Source of the DNA: Carcharhinus amblyrhynchos
Taxonomy: Eukaryota
NCBI GenBank assembly: GCA_965287045.1
Contig: OZ336875.1
Coordinates: 16,368,001 to 16,432,000 of the forward strand
Reading direction: 5' to 3'
DNA length: 64,000 nt
Shown: piece by piece, positions 49,263 through 60,617 of the stretch
Layout of the letters: each line of letters opens with the position of its first letter
Position numbering within the stretch: position 1 is the stretch's first letter
The notes under the pieces: model-generated
What the model was told of the DNA's origin: nothing
Seen by the model: only the letters and a program-made list of their open reading frames with translations
Databases searched by the model: none
Made by a program: the position numbers and the translations under genes

Positions 49263-51179
49263 CAAAGATACGCAGGTTAGGTGGCTTGGCCATGCTAAAA
49301 TGCCCCTTAGTTTGCCAAGATGTGTAGGTTAGATGGATTAGCCATGGTAAATGTGTAGAGTTATGAGGATATGGTGGGGAAAAGAGCCTAGGTGATGTAC
49401 TCTGTCAGAGAGAGTTGGTATAGACTCAGTGGGCCAAACAGCCTCTTTCTGCACTGTGGGGAGTCTATGAAATGCTGCTTCATAGCACTGTTAATGACCC
49501 TGAATATTCCCCAGTGTATACATCTACAGTGTACAGAGATAGGATGATGTATTCACATAAAACTTTTTTTATTACAAGAAGTAACCCAATCAATTGAAAA
49601 CAATATATCAAGTATGCACTATGGTAAGTGAAGGTCACCAGTTGTGGGAAAATGTACACTATTAGCCATTGTTCTATTTTTGGCAGTTTAATGTTGCATT
49701 TCTGCATCGTTGCTCCATGGACGTGCTTGTGTATTTTGGATAATCCATCAATATACCCATAAGCAACCTTAAGGATATGGCACCCTGGGCAAACATGTAT
49801 TTTGGCTTCTGTCTTTAAATTTAAATATATAATGCTATAATAACGATGAGAAGAAACATCACTTGAAAATGTCTAAACATGGCATGCATTTGCTAGGCAG
49901 GTTTTACCTAGTAGCTAACAGCAAACAAGATGATTTGATTTGATTTATTACTGTCACATGTATTAATATACAGTGAAAAATATTGTTTCTTGCATGCTAT
50001 ACAAACAAAACATACCGTTCATAGAGAAGGAAACGAGAGAGTGCAGAATGTATTGTTACAGTCATAGCGAGGGTATAGAGAAAGACCAACTTCATGCAAG
50101 GTACGTCCGTTCAAAAGTCTGACAGCAGCAGGGAAGAAGCTGTTCTTGAGTTGGTTGGTACATGACTTCAGGCTTTTGTATCTTTTTCCTGAAAGAAGAA
50201 GGTGGAAGAGAGAATGTCCAGGGAGGTTCCTTAATTATGCTGCCTGTTTTGCCGAGGCAGTGGGAAGTGTAGACAGAGTCAATGGATGGGAGGCTGGTTT
50301 GCATGATGGATTGGGCTGCATTCATGACTTTTTGTAGTTCTTTGTGGTCTTGCTGTGATACAACCAGAAGGAATGCTTTCTATGGTGCATCTGTGAAAGT
50401 TGGTGAGAGTGGTAGCTGACATGCCAAATTTCCTTAGTCTTCTGAGAAAGTAGAGGTGTTGGTGGGCTTTCTTAACTATAGTGTTGGCATGGGGGGACCA
50501 GGACAGGTTGTTGGTGATCTGGACACCTAAACACTTGAAGCTCTTGACCCTTTCTACTTCGTCCCCATTGATGTAGACAGGGGCATGTTCTCCTTTACGC
50601 TTCCTGAAGTCAATGACAATCTCTTTTGTTTTGTTGACATTGAAGGAGAAATTATTGTTGCTGCACCAGTTTACCAGATTCTCTATCTCATTCCTGTACT
50701 CTGTCTCGTCATTTTATGAGATCCAACCCATTACAGTGATGTCATCAGTGAACTTGAAAATCGAATTGGAGAGGAATTTAGCCACACAGTCATGATGAGA
50801 AGTCACACGACACCAGATTATAGTTCAACAGGTTTGCTTGAAATCACAAGCCACCTTCGTCAGGTGAAACTAGCCCAGTGATGGACTGGGCTTTGTTCAC
50901 AACCCTTTGTAGTTTGTTGCAGTCTTGATTGGAGCAGGAACTATACCAAGTTGTGATACATCTGGAAAAGATGCTTTCTGTGGTGTATCTGTAAAAATTG
51001 ATGAGAGTCGTAATGGATATGCTGAATCTACTTAGCCTCCTGAGAAAATAGAGGCATTGGTGGGTTTTCTTAACTATAGCATTAGAATTGAGGGAACAGA
51101 ACAGGTTGTTGGTGATCTGGACACCTACAAACTTGGAGCTTTTGACCATTTCCACTTCATCCCTGTTGATGTAGACAGG

Positions 51180-51380
51180 ATGTGGAGATGCTGGAGCAAG
51201 ATTACCTGTAAAGATTCGCATTCCACCTATTATTTTGTAAATTGAGTTTGTGTCTTTATATGCCCTGTTTGTGAACAGAACTCCCACTCACCTGATGAAG
51301 GAGCAGCACTCTGAAAGCTTGTAGCTTGTGCTACCAAATAAACCTGTTGGACTTTAACCTGGCGTTGTGAGACTTCTTAC
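51180..51380 (+). mobile_element. 201 bp Penelope-derived insertion carrying a hammerhead ribozyme
   Basis: 13 bp TSD TGATGTAGACAGG (51167-51179, 51381-51393); ends with the same ..GTTGTGAGACTTCTTAC terminus as 40980-41147. Confidence 0.85.
51289..51330 (+). ncRNA. Putative minimal type I hammerhead ribozyme
   Basis: Stem I CAC/GUG; core CUGAUGA; extra A; stem II GGAG-cagca-CUCU; GAAA; stem III AGCU-ugu-AGCU; predicted cleavage after CUU at 51327. Folded by eye; activity not shown. Confidence 0.65.
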
Positions 51381-52805
51381 TGATGTAGACAGGGACATCT
51401 TCTCCACTATGTTTTCTGAAGTCGATGACTATCTCCTTCATTTTACTGAGGGAGAGATTATTGTCTTAAGGTGTTATCTGCCCAATGTTCTACATCCAGC
51501 ACAGTACAGACTGCAACACGTACCACTGCCTTGTTAGCAGCAGAGTGAAGGTGCACCCCTGATAGTTTCACAGTTCCAAACATGATAGCTTGCCACACAT
51601 CAACATCCCTTGCACAAGAAATTATGTCAAATACCAAAGGTGCACTTTTGCTAGAATGATTGCTACCCACAAATGTTTACCAGGAAATGCCAATGCTGGT
51701 ATCAGTGAAGTTTGGAAGTTACTAAGGTCAATCATTTATTAAGCACTATTATTTGATAAAAGTGGAATTTGCAACAAGGCCTGGTTTGAGATATATTCAG
51801 CTAATATGAAATCAGTCATTGATGCAAAAACAAAACCTGATGGAGAACATAAACTTAACAGCTAAAAAGGAAGATACTGTGCAAATAAACATTGGATCAA
51901 CTGAAAACAGGAAATCCAAACTGCCTGTGACAATGGAAATCTACTTTGATTTCATTTATTATTGTCACATGTATTGGGATACCGTGGAAAGTATATTCCT
52001 TGCATGAAATACAGATCTAAGGCATAGTGAGGTGGAGCATAAAATTGAATGGACAAGACTCTCCCTGGGAACCTTTCCACCCAAAATCCAAACACAATTT
52101 CATACTTGGGTGGACAGGACCTTTGACAGGAAACCCACCCCAAATGGTCACTTAGTGGACGCTTAAAGGCCTTATCCTGACCGGCCTCAATTTTTAGGCT
52201 GGTTGAAGTGGATGTGGATATGGTGGGAAACTGACATTTGCACTGTTTCCCATCCTGGGTGGGAAGGGGAGATCGGTGGCACTTCACATGTTCTTATGTT
52301 CACTTTGAAGACTCTCCCCCCCTCGCCCAGAGTTGGGAAACTCACCTCACTGGGATATTGGAGCTCTGGGACCCCTCCCACCGGCCTAACACTGATGACA
52401 CAATTGCCGCCTCTCGACCCCCCTGCAACATTGACAATATAATTGACAACCCCCCCCCCCCCCCCACAACCCCAGCGTTCCCTATCTTATTGCATCCGTG
52501 ACCTAATGACTTAAGTTTTTGAAGGTCCCAGGACTTCCAGCCACTGCAGAGGTATGCCTGCACTGGGTTGAAAGGTTGTCAGATTGGCCAACTTCCTTCC
52601 AAAGGTGGATGGAAATCCCATCCACTGCTAAGCAATGCTCATGTGAGCATTAAATGACTGTGGGAGTTCAGAAGCCAGCAATTACACATTGGGCGTTGAT
52701 TCTCAGGATGGCGAGAGCTGATTGCTCACCTTTTGAAAAATTCTACTCTTAATTGCCCTCTGAAATGGTCAAGCAAGCCACTCAGTTCAAGGACAGATAG
52801 AGATG

Positions 52806-53998
52806 AACATAGAACATAGAACATTACAGCGCGGAACAGGCCCTTCGGCCCACAATGTTGCGCCGACCAGTCTTATTTTTAAAAAAAAACATTGACCCAC
52901 TAATCTAAACCAATCCCTTTTCGTCCATAAACCTATCCACCAATCTCTTAAACGCCCCCAAACTAGGCGCATTTACAACTGCAGCAGGCAGGGCATTCCA
53001 GTCCCTCACCACCCTCTGGGTAAAGAACCTGCCCCTGACATCCGTCCTATAACTACCCCCCCCTTAATTTAAAGCCATGCCCCCTCGTGCTAGATTTCTC
53101 CATCCGAGGAAACAGGCTATCACCATCCACCCTATCTAAACCTCTAATCATCTTATATGTCTCTATAAGATCCCCTCTTAGCCGCCTTCTTTCCAGTGAA
53201 AACAACCCCAAATTCCTCAGTCTCTCCTCATAGGACCTCCCCTGCATACCAGGCAACATCCTGGTAAACCTCCTCTGCACCCTCTCCAAAGCCTCCACAT
53301 CCTTCCTGTAATGTGGGGACCAGAACTGCACACAGTACTCCAAGTGCGGCCGCACCAGAGTTGTGTACAGTTGCAACATGACGCTGCGACTCCTAAATTC
53401 AATCCCCCTACCAATAAACGCCAAGACACCGTACGCCTTCTTAACAACCTTATCTACTTGATTCCCAACTTTCAGGGATCTATGTACACATACACCTAGA
53501 TCCCTCTGCTCCTCCACTCTATTCAAAGTCCTCCCGTTAGCCCTATACTCAACACATCTGTTATTCCTACCGAAATGGATTACCTCACACTTCTCCGCAT
53601 TAAACTCCATCCGCCACCTCGCAGCCCAGCTCTGCAACCTGTCCAAGTCACCCTGCAAACTTCGACACCCTTCCTCACAATCTACCACACCTCCGACTTT
53701 GGTGTCATCAGCAAACTTACTAATCCACCCAACTATACCCTCATCCAGATCATTAATAAAGATTACGAACAGCAGTGGCCCCAAAACAGATCCCTGAGGC
53801 ACACCACTCGTAACCGAACTCCATGATGAATAATTACCATCAACCACCACCCTCTGTCTCCTATCTGCTAACCAATTCCTGATCCAAGTACCTAAATTAC
53901 CACCAATCCCATACATCTGCATTTTCTGCAGAAGCATACCATGGTGAACCTTATCAAACGCCTTACTAAAATCCATATATACCACATCTACTGCCTTA
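52806..53998 (-). mobile_element. Young 5'-truncated CR1 with an open RT frame
   Basis: 310 aa ORF 53053-53985 with YMDFSKAFDKV, GVPQGSVLGPLLF, FADDTK; (AGAACAT)n tail; splits an older SINE tail. Confidence 0.95.
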
Positions 53999-54287
53999 CC
54001 CCTATCCTATGAGGAACAAATTCCTTGCGAGTGACGGCCACATTACACAGAAGAATCTTAAATAATTCTCTAGTTCTCTGATGCCACTCGTAAGTCTAAG
54101 CAAGGCTGGAAAACAATGGCTAGTGCCTTTACTATTTCTACTCACACTTGTGTTTCTATCCCACATCCTCAGTGAAACAGGAGTGAGGGGGGAAAAACAA
54201 TGAAACTTGGGAAATGACTGGCAACTTGATGTATGAGACCATTTTATGACCAATACCCAAAACCCACCCAAGTTTAAGGCACAATAC

Positions 54288-55705
54288 GTGGATGCTGGAA
54301 TCTGATTCCCGGCTTGAGTCACTGTCTGTTCAGAGTCTGCACGTTCTCGCTGTGTCTGCATGGGATTCCTTGGGTGGGTCCGATTTCCTCCCACAGTCCG
54401 AAAGACGTGCTGATTCAGCACATTGGCCATGCTAAATTCTCCCTCAATCTATCCGAACAGGCGAAGTGTGACGACGAGGGGATTTTCACAGTAAATTCAT
54501 TGCAGCGTTAATGCCAGCCTACTTGTGACACTAATAAATAAACTTTAACTTTAAAATTTGTTTCACAGACAGTAAGACATTCCAAACTTGAGAAAAGTTT
54601 GAGTTGCACCATGGCACAGTGGTTAGCGCTGCTGCCTGACAATGCCAGGGACATGGATTTGATCCCCGGCTTGGGTCACTGTCAATGCGGAGTCTGCATA
54701 TTCAGCCCGTGTCTACAAGGGTTTCCTTTGGATGCTCCAGTTTCCTCCCACAGTTCAAAAAACATGCTGGTTAGGTGCATTGGCCATGCTAAATTCTCCC
54801 TCAATGCACCTGAACAGGCGCCGGTCTGTGGCAATTAGGGGATTTTCACAGTAACTTCATTGCAGTGCAGGTAGCACAGTGGCATAGTGGTTAGCACTGC
54901 TGCCTCACACGCTAGGGACCTGGGTTTGATTCCCAGCTTGGGTCACTGTGCAGAGTTTGCACATTCTGCCCGTGTCTGTGTTGGTTTCCTCTGGGTGCTC
55001 TGGTTTGATCCCACAGTCCAAAAGACATGCTGGTTAGATGCATTGGCCATGCCCCTCTCAGTGTACCCAAACAGGCGCCAGATTGTGGCGGCAACTAAGG
55101 GATTTTCACAGTAACTTCCCTGCAGTGCAAATGTAAGCCTTCTTGTGACACTAATAAATAAACTTTAAAACTTGTGACTCTAATAAATTAAACTTTTAAA
55201 GACAGAAACAGAAATTACCAGAAAATTTCAGCCGGTCTGACAACATCTGTAGGGAGAATAGAGCCAGAGGTAGAGTGGCACAGTGGTTAGCACTGCTGCC
55301 TCACAGCGCCAGAGATCTGCGTTCAATTCCTGGCTTGGTTCACTGTCTGCGTGGAATCTGCATGATCTTCCCATGTTGGCGTGGGTTTCCTCCAGATGCT
55401 CCGGTTTCCTTTATTTGGTAGCAAACACCACTAGCTTTCGGGGCTCTGCTCCTTCATCAGGTGAGTGGGGAGTTCTGACGAAGGGGCAGAGCCCTGAAAG
55501 CTAGTGGTGTTTGCTACCAAATAAACCTGTTGGACTTTAACCTGGTGTTGTGAGACTTCTTACTGTGTTTACCCCAGTCCAACACCAGCATCGCCACATC
55601 ATGTACCCAAACAGGCACCGGAGTGTGACAGACGTGGGGATTTTCGCAGTAGCTTCATTGCATTGTTGATGTAAACCTGCTTGTGACACTAATAAATAAG
55701 CTTTA
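54288..55705 (+). mobile_element. Cluster of four head-to-tail HE1/V-type SINEs (about 54288-54553, 54603-54866, 54868-55200, 55268-55705)
   Basis: Repeated GGCAYAGTGGTTAGC heads, GGCTTGGGTCACTG, ATTGGCCATGCTAAATTCTCCCTC and GTGACACTAATAAATAAAC tails. Confidence 0.9.
55410..55601. mobile_element. Penelope-derived inverted repeat with two divergent hammerhead cores, inside a SINE
   Basis: Arms about 55410-55460 and 55475-55525; minus strand CTGATGA-AGGAGCAGAGCCCC-GAAA, plus strand CTGACGA-AGGGGCAGAGCCCT-GAAA. Confidence 0.8.
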
Positions 55706-55769
55706 CAACGTGTGGAGTCTGGATGACCCTTGCTCATAGCTGATCCTTGCTCATAGCTGACCCAGGGTT

Positions 55770-56750
55770 AACCGTTTGTTTTTGTTTTGCCTTTCTGGTC
55801 TTAACGGTGTGAGCGCGTGCAGTGGTGGGAGGGGGCGGGGCCGACGGTCAACGCGAAATGGGGGCTGGAGGGGAGGTGGGGCTGGAAGGGAGGGACGCCT
55901 GCGCGGGGGAGGTGAGGGAGAGTTGCCTACGCATGCGTGTATGCGCTCGCCGGCCCAGCCCTCCGGCGGTCTGTGTAGTGTGCGCGCGCTGGGAGGGTAG
56001 CCGGCGTGGGCGCGCGCCCCCTCGGCGGCGGGAGGGATTGTGGGTACGCGGGCGCGCAGGGGGCAGGCGCGGACATTTTGTCGGGATCGCGGACGCCCTC
56101 CAGGGAGAAAGCGGGAGAGGCAGAGAAAGGGATGTGAGGGAAAGAAAGCTCGGTGTGAGCGGGTCCGGGGGCATTCAGCAGGCCGGAGGAGGAGGAGGAG
56201 GAGGAAGAGGAAACAGCGGGGGAGGAGGAGGAGAAAAAGGGAGGGTGTATTTATTTATTATTTAAATTTCTCTCTCGGTGTTTTGCCGGCCGGGATGAGC
56301 CGGGGGCTCGGCCTGTCGCCGCTCTGAGCCCCGGGTGTTGTTTTATAATCATTATAAACATTTACTAGACTCACCGACCCCTCCCCCGGGGAGGGGGGTT
56401 TGAGTCTAGGCCGCACACCGACCCCTCTCTGTCTCTCTCCCCCCTCGGCCTCCACCCCCTCTTCTCCTCCTCCCGGCCTCCTGCCGAAGATGATGTGCGA
56501 GGTGATGCCGACCATCAGCGAGGACACGCTGAGCCCGCGGGGCTCGCAGTACGGTGCCGAGACCGAGGCCAACTTCGAGCAGCTGATGGTGAACATGCTG
56601 GACGAGCGCGACAAGCTGCTGGAAAGCCTGCGGGAGAGCCAGGAGTCGCTGGCCCTGTGTCAGGCCAAGATGCAGGAGGCTTTCCACGAGAGGGACTCTC
56701 TGCAGCGGCAGCTCAACACCGCCTTACCTCAGGTAAGAGTTAGGGCCGCG
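55770..56750 (+). promoter_or_regulatory. CpG island promoter / 5' UTR of the liprin-alpha gene
   Basis: Abrupt switch to GC- and CpG-rich sequence in a CpG-poor window; Sp1-type GC box GGGGCGGGG at about 55832; NRF1-like palindrome ACGCATGCGT at 55929-55938; (GGA)n tracts at about 56185-56232; directly precedes the coding exon. Confidence 0.85.
56490..56732 (+). CDS. PPFIA4: First coding exon of a liprin-alpha (PTPRF-interacting protein alpha), most similar to liprin-alpha-4; gene continues beyond the window
   Basis: 243 nt = 81 codons: [81 protein letters not shown], the conserved liprin-alpha N-terminal coiled coil. The [25 protein letters not shown] segment matches alpha-4 better than alpha-1/2/3 as I recall them. 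Phase-0 donor CAG|GTAAGA at 56733. Family certain, paralog likely. Confidence 0.88.
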
Positions 56751-58842
56751 GGGGTGGGAGGAAGCCCCTCTCAACAGCCCCCCAAACTCAGTGTCCAGAC
56801 CCTTACCTCTTCTTCTCTCCCCCCCCCCCCCCCCCATTAGCAACAAGCTGCAGGGACTTTAATAAAACCAGATCCTCTTTTTTAAAAAAGACAAACTTCT
56901 GTTTTAAAGGAGGGTTCTTCTAGTGGCAGATCTTTTTGTTGTCTCTCTCTCATCCAAGAGTTAAGGTCCCCCACGCACAACCATGCTTTGTGCAAGAATG
57001 TGACACATTCAGCTCGATTCAACCCATGCTGTTGTTGTAAAGGAGGAAGCAATTTACTTGGGATGGAGAGGAATGTAATTATTTCATTATAAAACCCCAC
57101 CCGTTGCGTCTCCCCACCCCCGCCCCCCAATGCTGCTTTTTTTAGGACATGGTCTGCTTCTGAACACAATCGCCTTTAGGGACAGAAATGTGTTCGTTTA
57201 AGCACACATTTTTGGGTGACGAGGTGATTTCAAATGGCAGACGCCAGTCTCGCAGTTATTGTTAGCGATAAGGCATGCTCACCTCTGATACAGAGGGTAT
57301 AAACATAAAATGATCTAAACTTTGGACAAGCTAGTTGTTTACTATTAAAGATGCATTGATGATTTTGCTACCTGTTGCAAAGTGATTTGACATTTACATC
57401 AAGTCGTCTGTGCTGTTGTTCATGCACTTCCCTAATTTGTGCACTGTGTTCCCAGTTCTTGTTTGAATGTGGCTGTTATTCTTGCATTGTGTGAAGGTGG
57501 TTATCCTTCGGAGAGTTGGACTGCATGGGTTATATCCAGACTGTCATCTATGGTCTCTGTAATCTGATTGGAAAAGTTGTTGCCGTGGTTTCTAATGGAA
57601 GATGTTAAATTTAAATGCTGGATAAAACTAGTACACTACGCAAACCCTTCCCAAAGCCTAAAATAGTACATTGTTCTTTAGTTTATGCAAGTGTTTGAGT
57701 TCTAATTGTAATATGTGATTGTCTGCATTTGATTATTGTAGGCATTTGTGTTATGATTAGTAGAACTAAATTAGCATAATGTCTGTTACAGTTATAACTT
57801 GTATTGTTAGACTTTGAACAAAAGCAGTTTTGGTTTTAAATAGATCAGCATAGGAAGTGTTGCACAAACTTTACTTTTTCGAAACAACTGATTGTTTTGT
57901 AGATCTTTGATTAATTATTTGGTCCTAAACAGATAACGCTGCACATATTTGCATAAGGACAGAGCTTCTACTTTTATTGTGTTTTACAATTCGTCTAGAC
58001 CATTTCAATGCTTTGAACAAGTTTATTTACAAACTGCTGATGCTGAGTCAATAAAAATAAAAAAAATTATCCGTCACTTGTATGTAACATCATATCTTGG
58101 GAATAAAGAGATATGAAAATATGAAGTAATCTGAAGAATTGCAACACTGCGATTCTGCCCTTAATACTGGTTGTAACCATGAATTGTATTTTGAGGATTA
58201 TTGGCTTAAAAGTGCTGCCTTTTTCTATTTGTTTTGTGTACAGGGTTCAGGTTATGGAATCTACAGATTCTTCAGGCCTAAATGGTTTTTACTTGTGTGA
58301 AAGGCATGTTTTAAAATCTCTGAAAAGTTCATTATTTTGTAAGTTTATAACCTGAAAGATTGCACTTTAATATTGTGAGAAGTATTTTACAGACAGCTGG
58401 TATTAGTACCAGATTTAACTGCTTACATGGATGGACTGCACAGTTCTGCTAAAGCAACATGTTATTAGGAAGTGTTGTTTTTGGTGCCATGATTTATGCA
58501 GGCGATGATAAAATGACAGCATGGCCTTTGATGTGATGCATTTCATTTTTAAAAAGGGCAAACATTTGTGTACATGGATTCAACTTTTTTTGCACATTGG
58601 GATATAGTTTCATTTCCTCTAAGTTGTGGACCTTGTGTGGGGCATCCAGAGGCAAGTAACACTAAAGACTTCAACCACAGTTAAAAGTTGTCCACAGTAA
58701 TACTGCAACAGTTGTTTACCATGCTGTATGTCAAATGAAAAGCTGGACTGATTTGAAATTGCTGCTAGCTGTCCTGGTCTCCCTTGACCAGTTTGCATTG
58801 GATTCCTCCAACTTATCATCTTTCTCATCTCTTTGTAGTTCA

Positions 58843-60220
58843 TCTCTGCAAAGTTCTTGCATTAAGCTGTTCCTACCTGTCACTACACAAGCAGGGTGTT
58901 GGTGACTTTTGCTCTCATCTCCTGTGTGCTTAGTGCGATGTTACTGGTTTTTATCAGTTGGTGTTGCTGTTTCCTTGTCAAAAGCTGCTGTTGGAGATCA
59001 TTCCCATTTATTTGCTGATATTCATTTGTACCTTTTCTACATGTCCTCAATGTATCAAAAGACAAACAATTCAGCTTTTCAACAGATGTTCAGCCTAGTC
59101 CCTGATTTCATCTTTCTCACCAGCTGTTTGCTCAGGCTGCACCATATTGTTTACAACAGTTCACCTACTTTCAGTTGAATATCATTGCCTGCACTATTGT
59201 GTGCTGACTGTCTCTGAACCATAATTGATATCTCTTGATACCTTCGTTATTTTATTTGGCATATAGTTTATCCAAAATGAAATCTTTGTCATTACCTATG
59301 TAAAGTACAGGGTTCTCATACTACTGCTGTCCTTGTGATTATAACATCTTGATGTATCAAATTTGAATCTTTGTCTTCATGTACTGCACAAGTAGTTATG
59401 GCTCTGTCTATGCCTCCCCCTGCAACCTACATACCAGGGTGCATTCTTGTTTTGAGTTTTACTCTTTATTGTATCTTTCCTCTGTCTTTGATCACAGTTC
59501 CTGCAGTGACATTTTCTGCTTTATTGCTGTTACGTGTCCAGTTTTGCCTCTTTTTATTTGTTACGTTAAACGTAGTATGATTAACACTGAGTTACAATTA
59601 AAGTGTATTAACACTCTATCATAATATAACTATCACAATGGATCTGTGACCATTTCACCTTTAGACTTTCCAAGGTTTTGGGTAATAATACACACGGAAC
59701 CTGGGGAATAAGGAGCAGAAGTAGACAATTTAACTCTTCGAGCCACTCAATCAAATCATGGCCGATCTCTCCCTTGTCTCAAATCCACCTACCTGTTCTC
59801 CATATCCGTTTAACCCTTCTTTAAAGCAGGAATATGTCTGTTTCCTTCTTTAAACCATTTAATGATTCAGACTCCACACTATGGGGTAGCGAGTTCCACA
59901 AATTTACCACTCTGCAAGAAATAGTTCCTCCTCATCTCAGTTTTAAATCAAATTAAAAAATCTCTGCGTTTCCTTGCATTAAGCTGTTCCTATCTGTCAT
60001 TACATAACCAAGATGTTAGTGGCTTTTGTTCTCATCTCCTGTGCGCTTAGGGATATGTTGCTGGTTTCTGTATCAGTTGGTACTGTCATTTTCTTGTCAA
60101 AAGCTGCTGTTTGAGATCATTCCAATTTGCTGATATTCATTTATCCTTCTCTACATTCCTCTTCCTCAATATATCAAAAGGCAAGCAATTCAGCTTTTCA
60201 CCAGACATTCAGCAGCCTAG
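58843..60220. repeat. Diverged about 255 bp direct duplication (58843-59098 and 59961-60220)
   Basis: Shared blocks CTTGCATTAAGCTGTTCCTA, CTTGTCAAAAGCTGCTGTT, CAATTCAGCTTTTCA; roughly 80% identity by eye. Confidence 0.85.
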
Positions 60221-60617
60221 CCTGGAGCGTAGAGGGCTGAAGGGTGATGTTCCTGAGATCTATAAATTAATGAGGGGCATAGATGAGGTAGATGGTCAAC
60301 ATCTTTTCCAAGTGGTTGGCGAGCCTAAAACTAAAGGCATAGGTTTAAGGTGAGAGGGGAGAGGTACAAAAGAGTTCAGAGGGACACTTATTTCACACAC
60401 AAGGTGGTGAGTTTCTGGAACAAGTTGCCAGAGGTAGTAGTAGAGATGGGTACAGTTTTGTCTTAAAATGCATTTCGACAGTTACATGGGTAAGATTGGT
60501 CTGGAGGGATATTGGCCAAACGCTGGTAATTGGGAATAGCTTAATGGTAAAAGCTGGGCGGCGTGGACAAGTTGGGTCGGAGGGTCTGTTTCAGTGCTGT
60601 AAACCTCTATCACTCTA
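60218..60617 (+). mobile_element. CR1 3' fragment
   Basis: SLERRGLKGDVPEIYKLMRGIDEVDG; 3' UTR GGGTCTGTTTCAGTGCTGTAAACCTCTAT. Confidence 0.85.

Larger units (their letters stand above)
49931..51465 (-). mobile_element. Two Rex1/Babar-type LINE fragments (about 49931-50792 and 50872-51465) mixed with Penelope-derived pieces
   Basis: (ATTTG)n tail; ORF 50844-51287 VEMVKSSKFVGVQITNNL..KKTHQCLYFLRRL..FYRYTTESIFSRCITTWYSSCS..LQRVVNKAQSITG is a Rex1/Babar C-terminal signature. Confidence 0.8.

Noticed and set aside
1-55700. Exons of an upstream neighbour gene (TMEM183A lies next to PPFIA4 in human, from memory)
   Set aside because: No recognisable matching peptide seen; short exons could be missed by eye.
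55776-56743. Overlapping Gly/Arg/Pro-rich ORFs in the CpG island
   Set aside because: Expected from stop-codon scarcity in GC-rich DNA; no recognisable domains.
56400-56840. 146 aa ORF as a complete protein
   Set aside because: Only 56490-56732 matches liprin-alpha; the TTG-initiated extension is low complexity and the tail reads through the GTAAGA splice donor.
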